Shown one piece after another: positions 1 through 11,931 of a stretch of 64,000 bases of DNA. Source of the DNA: Trichosphaerium sp. ATCC 40318 (lineage: Eukaryota; Protista; Tubulinea); the NCBI GenBank assembly GCA_038496445.1, contig JALMLS010000307.1, positions 1-64,000 of the forward strand, written 5' to 3'. The stretch's first letter is position 1. Every line of letters starts with the position of its first letter. The position numbers were made by a program, and so were the translations under genes. The notes under the pieces were generated by a model. That model saw only the letters and a list, made by a program, of their open reading frames with translations. It did not search any database and was not told the origin of the DNA.

Positions 1-66
1 AAAACTTGCAACACGTTTTTTTTCTTTCAATCTTTTTTTTCTTTTCCTTCTTTTTTTCTACTTTAT

Positions 67-2795
67 TTAAAGTTTATGCCTTGTATTTGATCTCTTACTC
101 TTGGTTCTACGGTAAGGTTTATCTGATACAGGTACTGCAAGCGTAGTGGCGGATTTCTGCTTTTTTGTTTTCTTCCAAAATTTATTCTTTGATTTTCTTG
201 TTTCCTCTCTTGAGCTCGCAGCTGCCTCCATTAAGCTTGGTGCCTCGCTAGCACTTCTGTTACGATTCTCTGAACTTGTTCGTGACTCTACAGTGGCAAA
301 AGTAGATGCTCTAGACCTTGTAGTCTCCTCTGTTTGTCGTGGTAAGTTATCTATTGAGGTCGTTAGTATCCAAAATCCAAGTAATCAGACCTCTACTTTT
401 AGTGTCCTGGGCAGTCCACTTTATCCATCTACGCCATGATTCAACACCGCGAGCGATATTATTTGTTATTTGCATTCTTGCGTATCCATCTAAAACAACC
501 ACACGTGAGAAACACGTGAAAAGAGAAACAAGCTTTTTGAAACTTCTTTTTCGCTTCCAAAATTGTTTTTTTGACTTGCCTGAACGAGAGGCCATTAAAG
601 AATTATCAGAAGTTATCCTATGTATTTAATAAATATTTAAGATTACTATGTTAATTTCAACACTTACCAATGTCGAATATCTTTACTTGTCTTTGATTCA
701 ATGCCCTTTTTTTTAAAATCTATTAATAACAACATATCAAAAAAAAAAAACTGCACTATGTCTGTTACCTCAAAAAGTCGGAGTGAGAAATAAAGTAACA
801 TGCTTGAATTTCGTTTTAGTATAACCAAAGCCTCAGCACATAATGATACGAAAATCTTCCATATTTTAAGAGATACCATCGCCTCTTTAAGCTCTAAAAA
901 AACCCATAAGATTTGTATTTTCAAAAAAAAAAAGTTGTGTCTAACCTGGAGGAATTGCAAACCTTGGACCAATCACATTTTTCGTCTACAAAAGCGTTAA
1001 TTACAGAATTAAACAACAAACATTATTAATAATTACCCTCTGTTCAAAATTATGGCCTAGATCCACGTGATATATGTAGTGCTTAGTCTAATAAACAATG
1101 AATAAATCCAATTTTTTTTACTCCAATCGTCGTACAGTAGAAACCAAAATATTATCTGGATGGCTATCACGAATACCCAGAACCTTGTGTTCAGTAAGCC
1201 ACGAATACCAATATTATATCCATTTATACTACTATAAACCGTACCCATCTGGCGGTATATCCACCGGCTGCTGAAGCAATGAATGTATCACGCTGTTCGG
1301 GTGAAAGAGTTGCCAAAAATTGTTTCCAATTTACTTTCATCACAGGTAAGCAATCAGGAATAAACTCAATCCAACCAGAGTTTACGCTTAATAAAAAGCG
1401 TTAATCAACGCAACGGATTGTAAATTTTTTTAACACGTGGGAATCACGTGAGTTTCACAAAAACCCCGAAAATGCAGCTAAAATATTTTTTTGTACCTCG
1501 CCGGCATTACTCTGTATTGTTGTACAAATGGTTTTAAAGGCATATTAGAGTTCTCCCACATACGATTCATTATGAATTGTAGACTATGCATTAAGAAATC
1601 CTGGCTTAGTTTATCATCAGTTTTCCAAACAAGTTTCGAAATAGTCTTATTCTTTCTCCTAACAAAAAAAAAAGTTAACAAACAATACCAGAAATTCTAC
1701 AAGTTATTCACGTGTTATGAAAAAAAACTACAAAACTGCATATGTGATGGTTAGTTGAACTATATTTATAGGTACCTGAATTCCACTAGAAGAGGTTTAG
1801 TACTGCTTTTGATTACTTGAAGTATAACTGCTTCTTCAACAGAATATCCAGTGAATGGTTCAACAATAGGATCTGTTAACTCGATGACATCTCCTTTAGA
1901 GCATTGTGCAAGATGACTCTCGAATTCTCTTAGGTTTCTTAGACCGTCGCTTATGATCCACGTCAGGTGTGTGTTTTGAAAACCGTAGCCAATCATCTTG
2001 AGCCTGTGTTGTTCATCAAAAATCTGTTATCACGTTGTGTCTTTTTTTTGCGAAATGTTTGTATGTATGTACCAATATATCTGACATCCTAGGAGAGGTT
2101 CTTCTCCTACACGAACAGCCAAGTTCTTAAGAATGGTATCGTATACTTTATCATCTTCTGTAGCTTCCAGGAATCGGATAATGAGAGGCTAAGTAAAAAA
2201 ACAGTAAGTCGTTTTTCTATCATTTTTTTTGATTGAGGTTTTTTACGTACCATGTACCAATACAATTGGTTTGTTGTCATACCGAGTATAGCCTTAGGTT
2301 CTTAAACAAGGGTAAGTATAAATCCAAAAAGGAAAAAACTGCGCAAGCACAACTAGCGACGAAAGAGAAAAAAAAAAAAAAAAATCAAAAAAACTAACTG
2401 CTTACAACAAAAAATAGAAAGAGCTTTTCTTTGCCTCACCTAGAATATCGTTCGTATACTGAAACATAAATAACCCATCTTTTACCTTCCCTCTACGTCT
2501 CTTCTTCCTTACACATACTGATTTATCCCATCCACATAGTACTACACCAGTAGAAAGTTCTTTAAGCGCCTTAACAAAAAAAAAATAAATAACTAATTTC
2601 AAACTTCTTTTTTTGAGTTTAAAACACGTGATATCAGATAAAAATATAACAATTCGGCGTATTTAAGAATTAATTAAAGGCGTTTTTACGTACTTGTTGT
2701 ACTTTATTTCTAACTTGTTCGTTATCGTGATCAAGTAATGTAATAAGTTCTAATATTGGTTTAGGTATTTTTTTAGCTCCTTCCGTTGCTTCCAT
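67..2795 (-). CDS. Compact PI3/PI4-kinase-family protein (multi-exon) with divergent catalytic motifs
   Basis: Spliced exons give VIKSSTKPLLVEF, WKTDDKLSQD (cf. FKxGDDLRQD), GWIEFI, FIASAAGGY, VLGIRDSHPDNIL (cf. LGIGDRHNDNI), YHVDLGH (cf. HIDFGH) and FVSLCAEALVILKRN. Termini inferred manually. Confidence 0.8.
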
Positions 2796-3203
2796 TGTTG
2801 TAATTTCTCAAAACGAATGAAAACGTGATAAATCACATGGTTTACAAATACAGACGTGCTCAGAGGTTTTGAGCGCTATTGATTAGGCGCAACTATAAGC
2901 TGTACTTACTTACAGGCGTTTAAAGGCTAAAAACTACGAAAGCTGCATGTTGCGGTTTAATTTTCTCAATTCACATTGTGTCCCAATCCTACTCGAAACA
3001 AAAAATACCTTCTGAAGCTTCTCGCATATCATTGATGTAAATGAAAGTTAAGTATCAGCACGTGCAATAGAATGGCTGGATGGAGTGAACCAATGAACGT
3101 TTTTTACACTCACAACCACTTGATGGTGTTATGAGAGTAACTCTGAGTATTACAGATAAAGTTGATGTTCTGATATCTTAGGAATTTTTCGATGGCAAGT
3201 TCT

Positions 3204-4732
3204 TTATTTTTTAAGCTTTGCAAGCTCTTTAATATGACTTGGTCCAATACCACAGCATCCACCGATTATAGTAAAACCTCTTTCATCATTCCATCCTTTG
3301 GACACAGACAAATAATCTTCCTACAAAAGAAAAACAATATGAGATTTTTTTTAAAGAAAAAAATCCCAAAAACCATAAACCCCCTCCAATTGTGCTGACG
3401 TATAAAAGTATACAAACATAATATATCATTGAAAATACTTGTGTGTATAATCTCTATCATTTAAAAACACCACGAAACCCTCATATGTCCAAGCAACCTT
3501 GTGCAAATCCAAAAAAAAAGAAAGAAAAAATTAAGAAAAAAAAAGCAGGATAAAAATATCGTACAGGAGAAATATCTCTCATTGCTCTGAAGCCGGATCC
3601 TTCGTATTCGGTTTTCTCAGGCATAGGTTCGAAAGCGTTTGCATAAGCACCTAAGTGACAATTCTTTCCTTTAATGGCTTCCTTGAGCATAGGAACAGCA
3701 CTTGTTATTGATGCGATTGAACAGCAATTGACAAGCAACCCTGAAATCCTATCAAACCCAAATTCTTTCTCAATTTTATCCAAGGCTTCTTTGAGACTCT
3801 GACCTTTCTGGGAGAGAAATTCTAAAAGGTTTAAGAAGAAAGGTAAAATCTTAGCTTTTTGGGTTTTTTCCACTTTTTTTCGTCTTTTCAAACGAACCTG
3901 GATTGGTGTCATCAAGAGTGATGCTCAGAAGTATAGGTTTCCCTTGAGCGTGATTGTAACCAGCTTTGAGTGCTTCCAGCATCTCAGTACTATGAGACAT
4001 GGTTTCGGCAATGAAGATATCAACATCTTTTGCTAAGTTCTTTGCGATCTGTTCATTTGTAAGTAGGGTTTTTGTGTTTTCTATTTTTTGAGTTGCATGT
4101 ACCAGATCGTATGTCACAACCATCTCTGATACAGGTATCATCTTATCGGGCCTATAAGATGCTGATAGAGGTGGTAAACTACCTAAAACAAGAAAGGTAA
4201 GGCGACTTTATGGATTTTTTTTTTGGGAAGAAAAGTTGTTAAACTTGCCTGCGATAAGGACACCTTCTTTCTTGGCGTTTGTGCGCGCTTTTACAGCACA
4301 TGTAGCAGAAAGAGCAGTAAGATCTCCAACACGATCTTGTTTGTTCACTTTCGACAGATAGAAAGGAGTAGCTGCGTAATTCGAAGTAGTAATGATATCG
4401 GCTAATCAAAACAAAAACAAAATTAGAAAGTGGCGTTCTACGCCACGTGACTTTTTTGAATTTTGTTGAAAAGAACCTCCAGCTGCTATGTAGTCTTCAT
4501 GTACTTTAGTTACAGCGCTTGGTTGCTTTAGAAGGGCTGCAGATGACCATATCTCAGTGTCGCAAAGAGAAGGATCTCTACCCTAAAGAAAAGCGAAAAA
4601 CTTGTGAAAAACTAGAAAGGCCAAGAAATAAACGCGAGAAACGTCTTTATTAGGTTGGAATTACTCTATTCTGATACATACCTTGAGTTCGCGACCCATA
4701 CCACCGTCTAGAACGTAGAAAGCTTTATTCAT
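3204..4732 (-). CDS. Homocysteine S-methyltransferase family protein (multi-exon)
   Basis: N-terminal VLDGGMGREL, IAGSLPPL, FIAETMS, LLVNCC, GAYANAF and C-terminal IIGGCCGIGPSHIKEL zinc-binding motif. Confidence 0.9.
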
Positions 4733-5216
4733 TTGTCAAACTTGATTAAAATAGTGTTAAGCGGTTGATTACGCTTGTATTTGATGATTTATGGTTAGGG
4801 ATGGGTATGCCGTCAACGTTGGGTCTTGGGAACGCTAAGTAGTAAACGCGACTCCGTTTTTCCGTTTTAGTATCCTTAAGTGACTATAAACAACTCCGAG
4901 ATTGTTACTAGAACTCGAGGGATAAACTTCTGTTAGTGTGATAGCGAATTCTAGCAAATAAAATTGCTTTGTACACTTGCCAAGTGTCAAAAACTTCTCT
5001 TCACTACATGGCTCTCAATGTTTTTGTCAGCAAACACGTGATTGTGCAATTATGATGTGTTTTCCCGAAGTTCATAACAAAGCTATCTGTGGTTGTTGTG
5101 TGGAGCTCTGGGACGCAGTAATTTACCTCGGGCACAGTAAAGAAAAAACGAGACCAAAGGACCAAAAGCTACTTTCTGCTCTTCGCCTCAAAGTTCGACT
5201 TGCGGCAGTCTTCATC

Positions 5217-7650
5217 ATGGACAGACCACCTATGCTCGCGTCATTAAAGCTAGGACCCTCTGGCATGATATACCCCAGGCAAAACTTCACAAAACGCGTT
5301 ACAGATGTATACGAGTTAGGAGACGTTGTTGGAGAAGGGACATTTGCTGAAGTGCGGTAAGCATTCCCCTTTCAGATTTTGAATAAAATCATACAATTCC
5401 AAAATACGCACAAAACTGCTTCCTTCGCGTCCGGAGACATAGTAGTACCTGTCCGTTTAATACAAATGGCATTTGGTGCCCTAAAAATTATATGTTTATT
5501 TAATCATATTCTATTCGATGTTGGTCCTCGGAAACGTGTTTTTAACGCTTATTTTTAGGCTTGCTAAGGAAAAAAAGACTGGTGAACAATATGCTGTTAA
5601 AGTAATTGATAAAGATTATACTGGATCTCTTGATATGCTTGAAGAGACGCGGATTTTAGTACGTTTTAACAGAAAAAGATCTTTTTTGCACACAAAATCA
5701 CGTGATAAACACGGGGTTGTTGTATACGGTTCTCTACAAGCTCGCAAGAGCGATAACCTTGACTTGATAATATTTTTTGTTATGGGTTTCTCGTTGACAC
5801 GTTAAAACTAACACGTGATTATACTTACTATGTTTTAAGGCTAAACTAAACCATAAAAATATTGTTGCATACAAAGAGATGTTTAGTTCTGATGACAAGT
5901 ACTTTGTAATATTGGAGGTACATAAGAAATTAAATGAATTATTTAGTTTGCGATCTACCATTGTGTCACGTGGTAGTGATACGTGCCTGTAGGCGTGGAG
6001 CGAGTAGAACATTTAGCGATTTCGCTTTTTTTTCTGTTTGTTTTTTTTTGTTAATCACGTGTTAGTATGTCTGTGGTGGAGAGCTGTTAGATAGAATTAT
6101 AAAATTGAATAGATACACAGAAAAGCATGCTGCAGATGTAATAAAACAAGCGTTACTAGGTATAAGACATATGCATGATAAACACTATACACATAATGAT
6201 TTAAAGTATCCAACACTTTTTGTTTCTTTTTTCTTTTTTTTTGAAAATCTTTTCTTTGCGCCTTAACTCCTCTATACCTGAAAATCTTCTATTGGGTTCT
6301 AAAGAATGGGATGCGGAATTAAAAATTGCAGATTTTGGGTATGCAAGACATCACACTGATGATATCAAGGTAACGCTTCAACAAAAACAGAAAAGAGTTT
6401 AAAGTCAATTTCTTAATGAACTTTTAGGAAGTTATTGGAACGTAAGTGTTGGTGTTTTTGTGATCGTGTGGTCAATCATTTAATTGTTTTACAGACTTCC
6501 GTATATGGCACCGGAAACAGTCATGGAGTTACCTCATGGCAAGGAGGTAGACATATGGTATTAAAAGTTTGTAAAATGTAAAATCTCATTCTGATGACTT
6601 TTTCTTTAAGGTCGCTTGGAGTAGTCATGTATGTACTTCTGAGTGGATTTCATCCTTTTCAAAGCGATGATGATCATTCGGTTGTAGCATCAATAATAGC
6701 GTGGGGAAAAGAAATAACGTGGTAGGCACCTTACATCTAAAACAAACAAACAAAAAAAAGTGAATGCATCCAACTGTTTATGATTTTGACCCTAGGTATG
6801 GCAAGGTATGGCATAAAATCAGCGATAATGCAAAGGATCTACTACGTAAGATGTTGGTACGGCTACTAATACATCCACAAGTCACTATCTTTTTAGTCGG
6901 TTTGCACAAGCATTTTTTTTTTTGGAATTTAGAAAAAATCTAAGTTAAAATCGTTTGTTACATCGCATGTCTCACGTGACTTTAGTGTTTTGATAGAACA
7001 AAAAGAATCTCAGCGAAAGATGCTCTTAAGCATCCATGGATATTAGATCTATGTAGTGATACATCTGACGTTGCAGGTACTTCTTCTATTACTTTTTGGA
7101 AAAACCACTAACAATGCATTAGAGTGTCCAGAGTTACCTGAAGAAGTTGCTCAAGGCATACGCAAATTACAGGTAGGTTACCACTGCATTATTAATGTTT
7201 TATGTTCATTGTTGTCACGTGATTTTTAAAAGCACGTGCTGCGTGTACAGCTGTATAAACAATCGTCTTTTTCTACAACTTTTTTTTTAAATGTTTGTAT
7301 TGAACAGGCAAGGCGAAGACTTAAAGCTGCAATGTTTGCTGTAAGGGCTACAAAGAGATTAGAAATTCTTAATAGAACAAGAAAGAGAAAGCTAGCGACA
7401 AGCAGATATATGGACTACTTAACGCTAACAACACTACCTCTACCAAAAGGTCAGTAAACAAAGTTCACTTAATGAAAATCATTGTTAAATTCTTTTTAAT
7501 GTTTTAGGTTTAGGTATTAATATAAAGAAGAGGGAGTCTTATCTTTCACCTGAAGACTTTAAAGTAGTTCTAGGATGTGAGAGAGAAAAGTTTTATAAGT
7601 TACCTTTATGGAAACAAGACTCATTAAAAAGATCTGTTGGTTTGTTTTAA
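5217..7650 (+). CDS. CaMK-family Ser/Thr kinase with C-terminal villin headpiece domain (multi-exon)
   Basis: [39 protein letters not shown], CaM-binding-like ARRRLKAAM. Last exons encode [48 protein letters not shown]. Confidence 0.88.
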
Positions 7651-8409
7651 AAAAATTCAAACAAAAAATGAAACGTTGAGTACGAGTTGGTGGAAGTGCA
7701 AGAGTAAACACTCTGTGCTATGCAATTCTTTCTTTCATTGCAAACGGTTGATCATTGCAGTTTCTTCAAATAGTGCAGGCAAGGAAACCTGCTATGATCG
7801 CTTCCTGAAAAAAAGAAAAAAAACTGTTTCGTTTATCAACAAAAAGAAAAAATAAAATGTTTAGATATCACTTCATGCATGTCACCATTCTATACTCAAT
7901 GTACACAAGCTTTAGGCATTGATATCATCACATAATGTTACATAAAGATTGGGTGCCTTTTTTTTAATTTTTTCATCGTTGCAACTCCTCTTCCAGGCTT
8001 GTAGTCGTTTGTAAAGCGGCACTGTGTACCTCAGGCAGCCAAAATATTAAACTCCTTACGTGTAGTAAAAAAAAAAGTTACGTGTAGTAAAAGTATTTCG
8101 TCATTTATTTTTACTGATGTGATCTTTTGTGTACAAAGTTACATTGAATAGCAAGATAGCAGCCTTGCGCCTACTAGTGTTGAATTTCGGCGTTTTATCA
8201 GGTGTCATACTGTCGATAATGGCATGTAAAGATGTTAAGGTCAGTTTCATAAGACCTCGTATCATGCAGCATTTCTCATTTTGCACCCAACCCTTTTCAA
8301 CATTGCACCATGGCATCTGGTTGGCCTTATCCACAGAGCAAAATTTGGCCGTATAAAAGGAATGCAAAACGGCTTTGTCAGTTCTGGGACGGCCTACAAA
8401 TAAATCAAG

Positions 8410-8817
8410 CTATTTTTCTGCATTTTCAAGTAGATTTGGATTTGTGGCTCGAAGAATGCGATTGATCAAAACAGGCTTGTTGGCACCTGATTTAAGTAGT
8501 AGCTTCTTGCATATATACTGAAGCTCTGGTTTGTGTTTGGATTTTAGAGTTTCCTCTGTCCATCTCAATATTTTTTGTCGTTTTTTTACTTGTTGCTTGC
8601 TGCAGTTGTAACAAGAACATGAATCGCCCTCAAAGTTTTCCTTGCGCTCCTCAGAATCCCAATTTAGACATTCAGCGTCATACCAAAGTTCACAATCATC
8701 ACACAAAATCATTTCAGGTCCATCAATTTCTTTGTTTTCAAATTTACATTCATCTATGCAATGATATTCAACAGCATCAGAGAGGGGTTTGAGAAGGATT
8801 TTTTCTTTCTCCTGCAA
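8410..8817 (-). pseudogene. PHD-finger-like + SAP-domain coding segment inside the piggyBac element
   Basis: MILCDDCELWYDAECL...CSCYNC (PHD-like, His ligand replaced by D) followed by LKSKHKPELQYICKKLLLKSGANKPVLINRI (SAP pattern). Confidence 0.65.
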
Positions 8818-9102
8818 TACTTTAACATCTTTTAAAGATAGTCCACTCTGATTCTAGTTCATACAGCCACAGAATTCCAAAATATTTCATAATCTCAGAA
8901 ACAGCTACTGGCGTCTTCCAAAATGAATTTAACTTGACACCTTTTTTTGTTCGGGCAGTGTATATACCTCGTTGAGCTTCAGAGCATGTTGCAAGATATT
9001 CCCAGACTCTTATCGGAATCAGCTTTGAATAAATAGATTTAACTGAGTAATTACTAATATTCCCTCTGTCAAACAACGCAAATTAGGTTCTGATACTTGA
9101 AC

Positions 9103-9468
9103 TAACGCCCTTCCGTTATGGATACAAGCAATATTCATATTCATTGTCCCGTAAGCCATATTCATTATTATTCATTCATGAATATTCATGGGCGTTTGGT
9201 GAGTCAGGATGTTGAGGAGCTTTTGGTTTGTAGCACCTAGCGATGTTCCAAATGGATAGATTCAACAAGTTGCATTTGAAAACCGAATCGGAATAGTCAA
9301 CAGAACACCAAAAGCCACAAATCCAGTCAAAATCAGCCATCAAATTGCACAATTTTCGACCGTTTACTGTGTGCATGAATAATGAATGAATTTTTTTAGT
9401 CGTGAATATTTGTGAATGTAGGCTGTATTTGAATATTCAAATTATTCATTCATAACGGAAGGGCGTTA
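9103..9468. mobile_element. MITE with 18-bp TIRs and 8-bp TSD (hAT-like), nested in the piggyBac element
   Basis: TAACGCCCTTCCGTTATG at 9103-9120 and its exact reverse complement at 9451-9468. ACTTGAAC is duplicated at 9095-9102 and 9469-9476. Subterminal ATTCAT/ATGAAT repeats. Confidence 0.9.
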
Positions 9469-9980
9469 ACTTGAACTTGCTTTGCCTCTTTGATGTAGTG
9501 GAATTCCTCATTTAACACTTCCCAACCTTGTTGTTTTAATTTGAAAAGGCTCTCAGAGATTTGTACTAGATAGGCACGCTGTTTGCCAGCGTTTTCTTTG
9601 CTATGGTTGTAGTCTACGGGCTTTTTCTGCTGCTCTTTTTGCATTTTGCCTGTCTGCGTTATTTTGCACTTTGGCCTCCAGACCGCTGATGTCCATCACG
9701 TAAAAAGGTATGCAGGCACAAAAAGAAGACGTTTTACTAATATTTACTACACGTAAAAAAAAATTTTACTACACGTAAGGAGTTAAAGCCAATAAACTTA
9801 AGCCCTACAATTGTACATCTTATGTGCGACTGCTTGATAGCAACGTGGATTGGTGAAAACTGGCATATTCATGGTTTTTTGATTCATACATCAGTACGAA
9901 ACAAAAAAAAACAAAATGAAGCCGCTGCTTGTTGTTTCTGTATTGATCATTCGTTCCAGTGCCTGTTGATTCTTATAGCG

Positions 9981-11123
9981 ATGAACGCTTGTTTTTTAAT
10001 GTCGTCAATATCATCTATAGCTATGATACTAACAATAACGGCATTACTGGCTATCGTTTTAGCAATACACGTGTTTATGTACAAAAAATGGTAAAAATCG
10101 CAAAAGTGAACTAATTCGGGTGTTTGTCCGTTATTAGGTGCTTCGTAAGTGATGACGGACCTTATGAGCTTGGTTACGGTTTTATAATAGGTGCTATAAT
10201 CGTAGAAACCGTTGTAATCCTAGCTGCATCTTCATTCTTTGACGTACTAATCTAATAATTGGTGTTGGAGTCCTACTAAAGTACAAAAACAGGTTTTTGA
10301 TGCAACCAGGGCTATTAACTCCAACACCAATATCACGATGGTACACTATTAATAATGTTGCACCTAGAAAAAACCTTCACATCTATCTACTAGTTAGTTG
10401 TTGCGAACAGTAATGTTTTTTTTTTTGTTTAGGATTCTGATCCATATGATAAAATCTTTGCGTTTGATGACCACCCAGTTGTTGCAATTTCATTCTATGG
10501 TGAATACAAACCTAATGGCAACGATGCAAAGTACACTTGTGTAGCACCCATAGCACTGAACAGTTCAATAGTACTTAAAAATAATATCCACTCTTTTTTT
10601 TTCTCAATACATTCTTTCTAGTTTTACAACATTACTCTACTGGACACTGTGCATTACTACACTTATTGTACCAGTAAGTCTTTGGGTTTCAATTTATATA
10701 TGTCATATATTTACTTACAGGTTCTCATTCATGCAAGACAAGTGACTGTGTGAACACGTGGACTCAAGACGAATATTTAGGTATGAGTGACCAAAGTCTT
10801 GATTTTACACAATGGCCAAAGTCTTCTGATATTTTTTCAGGCCTAAGGATTCGTTCCGTTGATGTTAAAAGCGCCGAAAAGGCAGCTAATAATGCTGCTA
10901 ATAATTATAATCTAACGAACAGCGAAAACCTTACATTTGTGTACTGGGGTAATCCACAAAAACAGTTGATATCTTGGTACCGTTCATTTGTATTATGGAT
11001 GACAATCCCAAACGCAATCTGGTACCTCCTTATTTTCCTACACTCAACTTTCCTAACCAATCACTACTAAAGGTTTTTTATAACAATGGTGGTATACTGT
11101 GCAAAGTTTGTAAATGAATTCTG
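9981..11123 (+). CDS. Hypothetical multi-exon membrane protein
   Basis: Hydrophobic exons bounded by GT/AG (ILTITALLAIVLAIHVF; GFIIGAIIVETVVIL; CVAPIAL; FVLWMTIPNAIW). No family recognised; ends uncertain. Confidence 0.4.
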
Positions 11124-11858
11124 AGAGGCAACAAACCATTGAAGGATAAAAACAAGAAAAAAAACCCTAGCAACCAAAACGGCTAGGTTCAACTGTTGCA
11201 ATAAAACTTTTATTCACAACCAGTATGCTCCAGTACAAGCCAACAAAAAAGGCCAATTGACATCACAATTCAACTTAGTGCTATCACGTTTTTAACAACT
11301 GTTATGGTCAATCTACCTCGTAAAGGTATTTTTCCCAGAGAAAAAGCTGACTTGTAACTCTAGTATATTACCCTCCTTCTCTCAGTGCCTACTCAGACAA
11401 TTTACCACCATTCTCTGTTGCATCTGCTTTGGTTAATCCTTCTTGTAAATCAATGCCTAGGTTGCTCTACATTCAACTTACTCTAAGATACTTCAGGCTG
11501 ATGTACTCACATCTAACTTGTGGCGTATACAGTTGCCAAAGACATACTGATGTTAAGTGCTATGAGGAGTTGCTTGCCTATCAAGTCTCCTGTTGCAACG
11601 GTAGTATCAACTAGACACTGTTGTAGTGACCCTTTGTGTCAGCAACGTTTCAGCATTGCCACTAGAACTTAAATTCAGTTTTGACATCATAGTTTTTACG
11701 CCTGTGATATTGTTAACTAGCTTGTAGTATGTTGTAGCTCAACCAAGTGTCAACAACTAGAATGAATCACATAACAGCAGAGTATTCAATATTGACATGG
11801 TTATTTGTAATTGTTTCGATCCTCCAAAGCATATTTGCAGGAAGAAGTGATAAAAAAT

Positions 11859-11931
11859 TGAATCGGCCAAGAATCGAACTTGGGTCCCCTTCATGACGTA
11901 AAGGAATACTTAACCACTATACTACCGAGAC
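11859..11931 (-). tRNA. Degenerate tRNA-Asp(GTC), probable pseudogene
   Basis: GTCTCGG TAGTATAGTGGTTAAGTATT CCTTT-ACGTCAT-GAAGG GGAC CCAAG-TTCGATT-CTTGG CCGATTC A, followed by a T6 tract. A and B boxes are intact, but there are two acceptor-stem mismatches and no U33. Confidence 0.7.

Larger units (their letters stand above)
8052..9782 (-). mobile_element. Non-autonomous piggyBac-like DNA transposon
   Basis: TIR CTCCTTACGTGTAGTAAA with a second internal TTACGTGTAGTAAA at both ends. TTAA at 8047-8050 and 9783-9786. Internal ORF 8822..9076 resembles the piggyBac transposase N-terminus (WKTPVAVSEIMKYFGIL). Confidence 0.85.
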
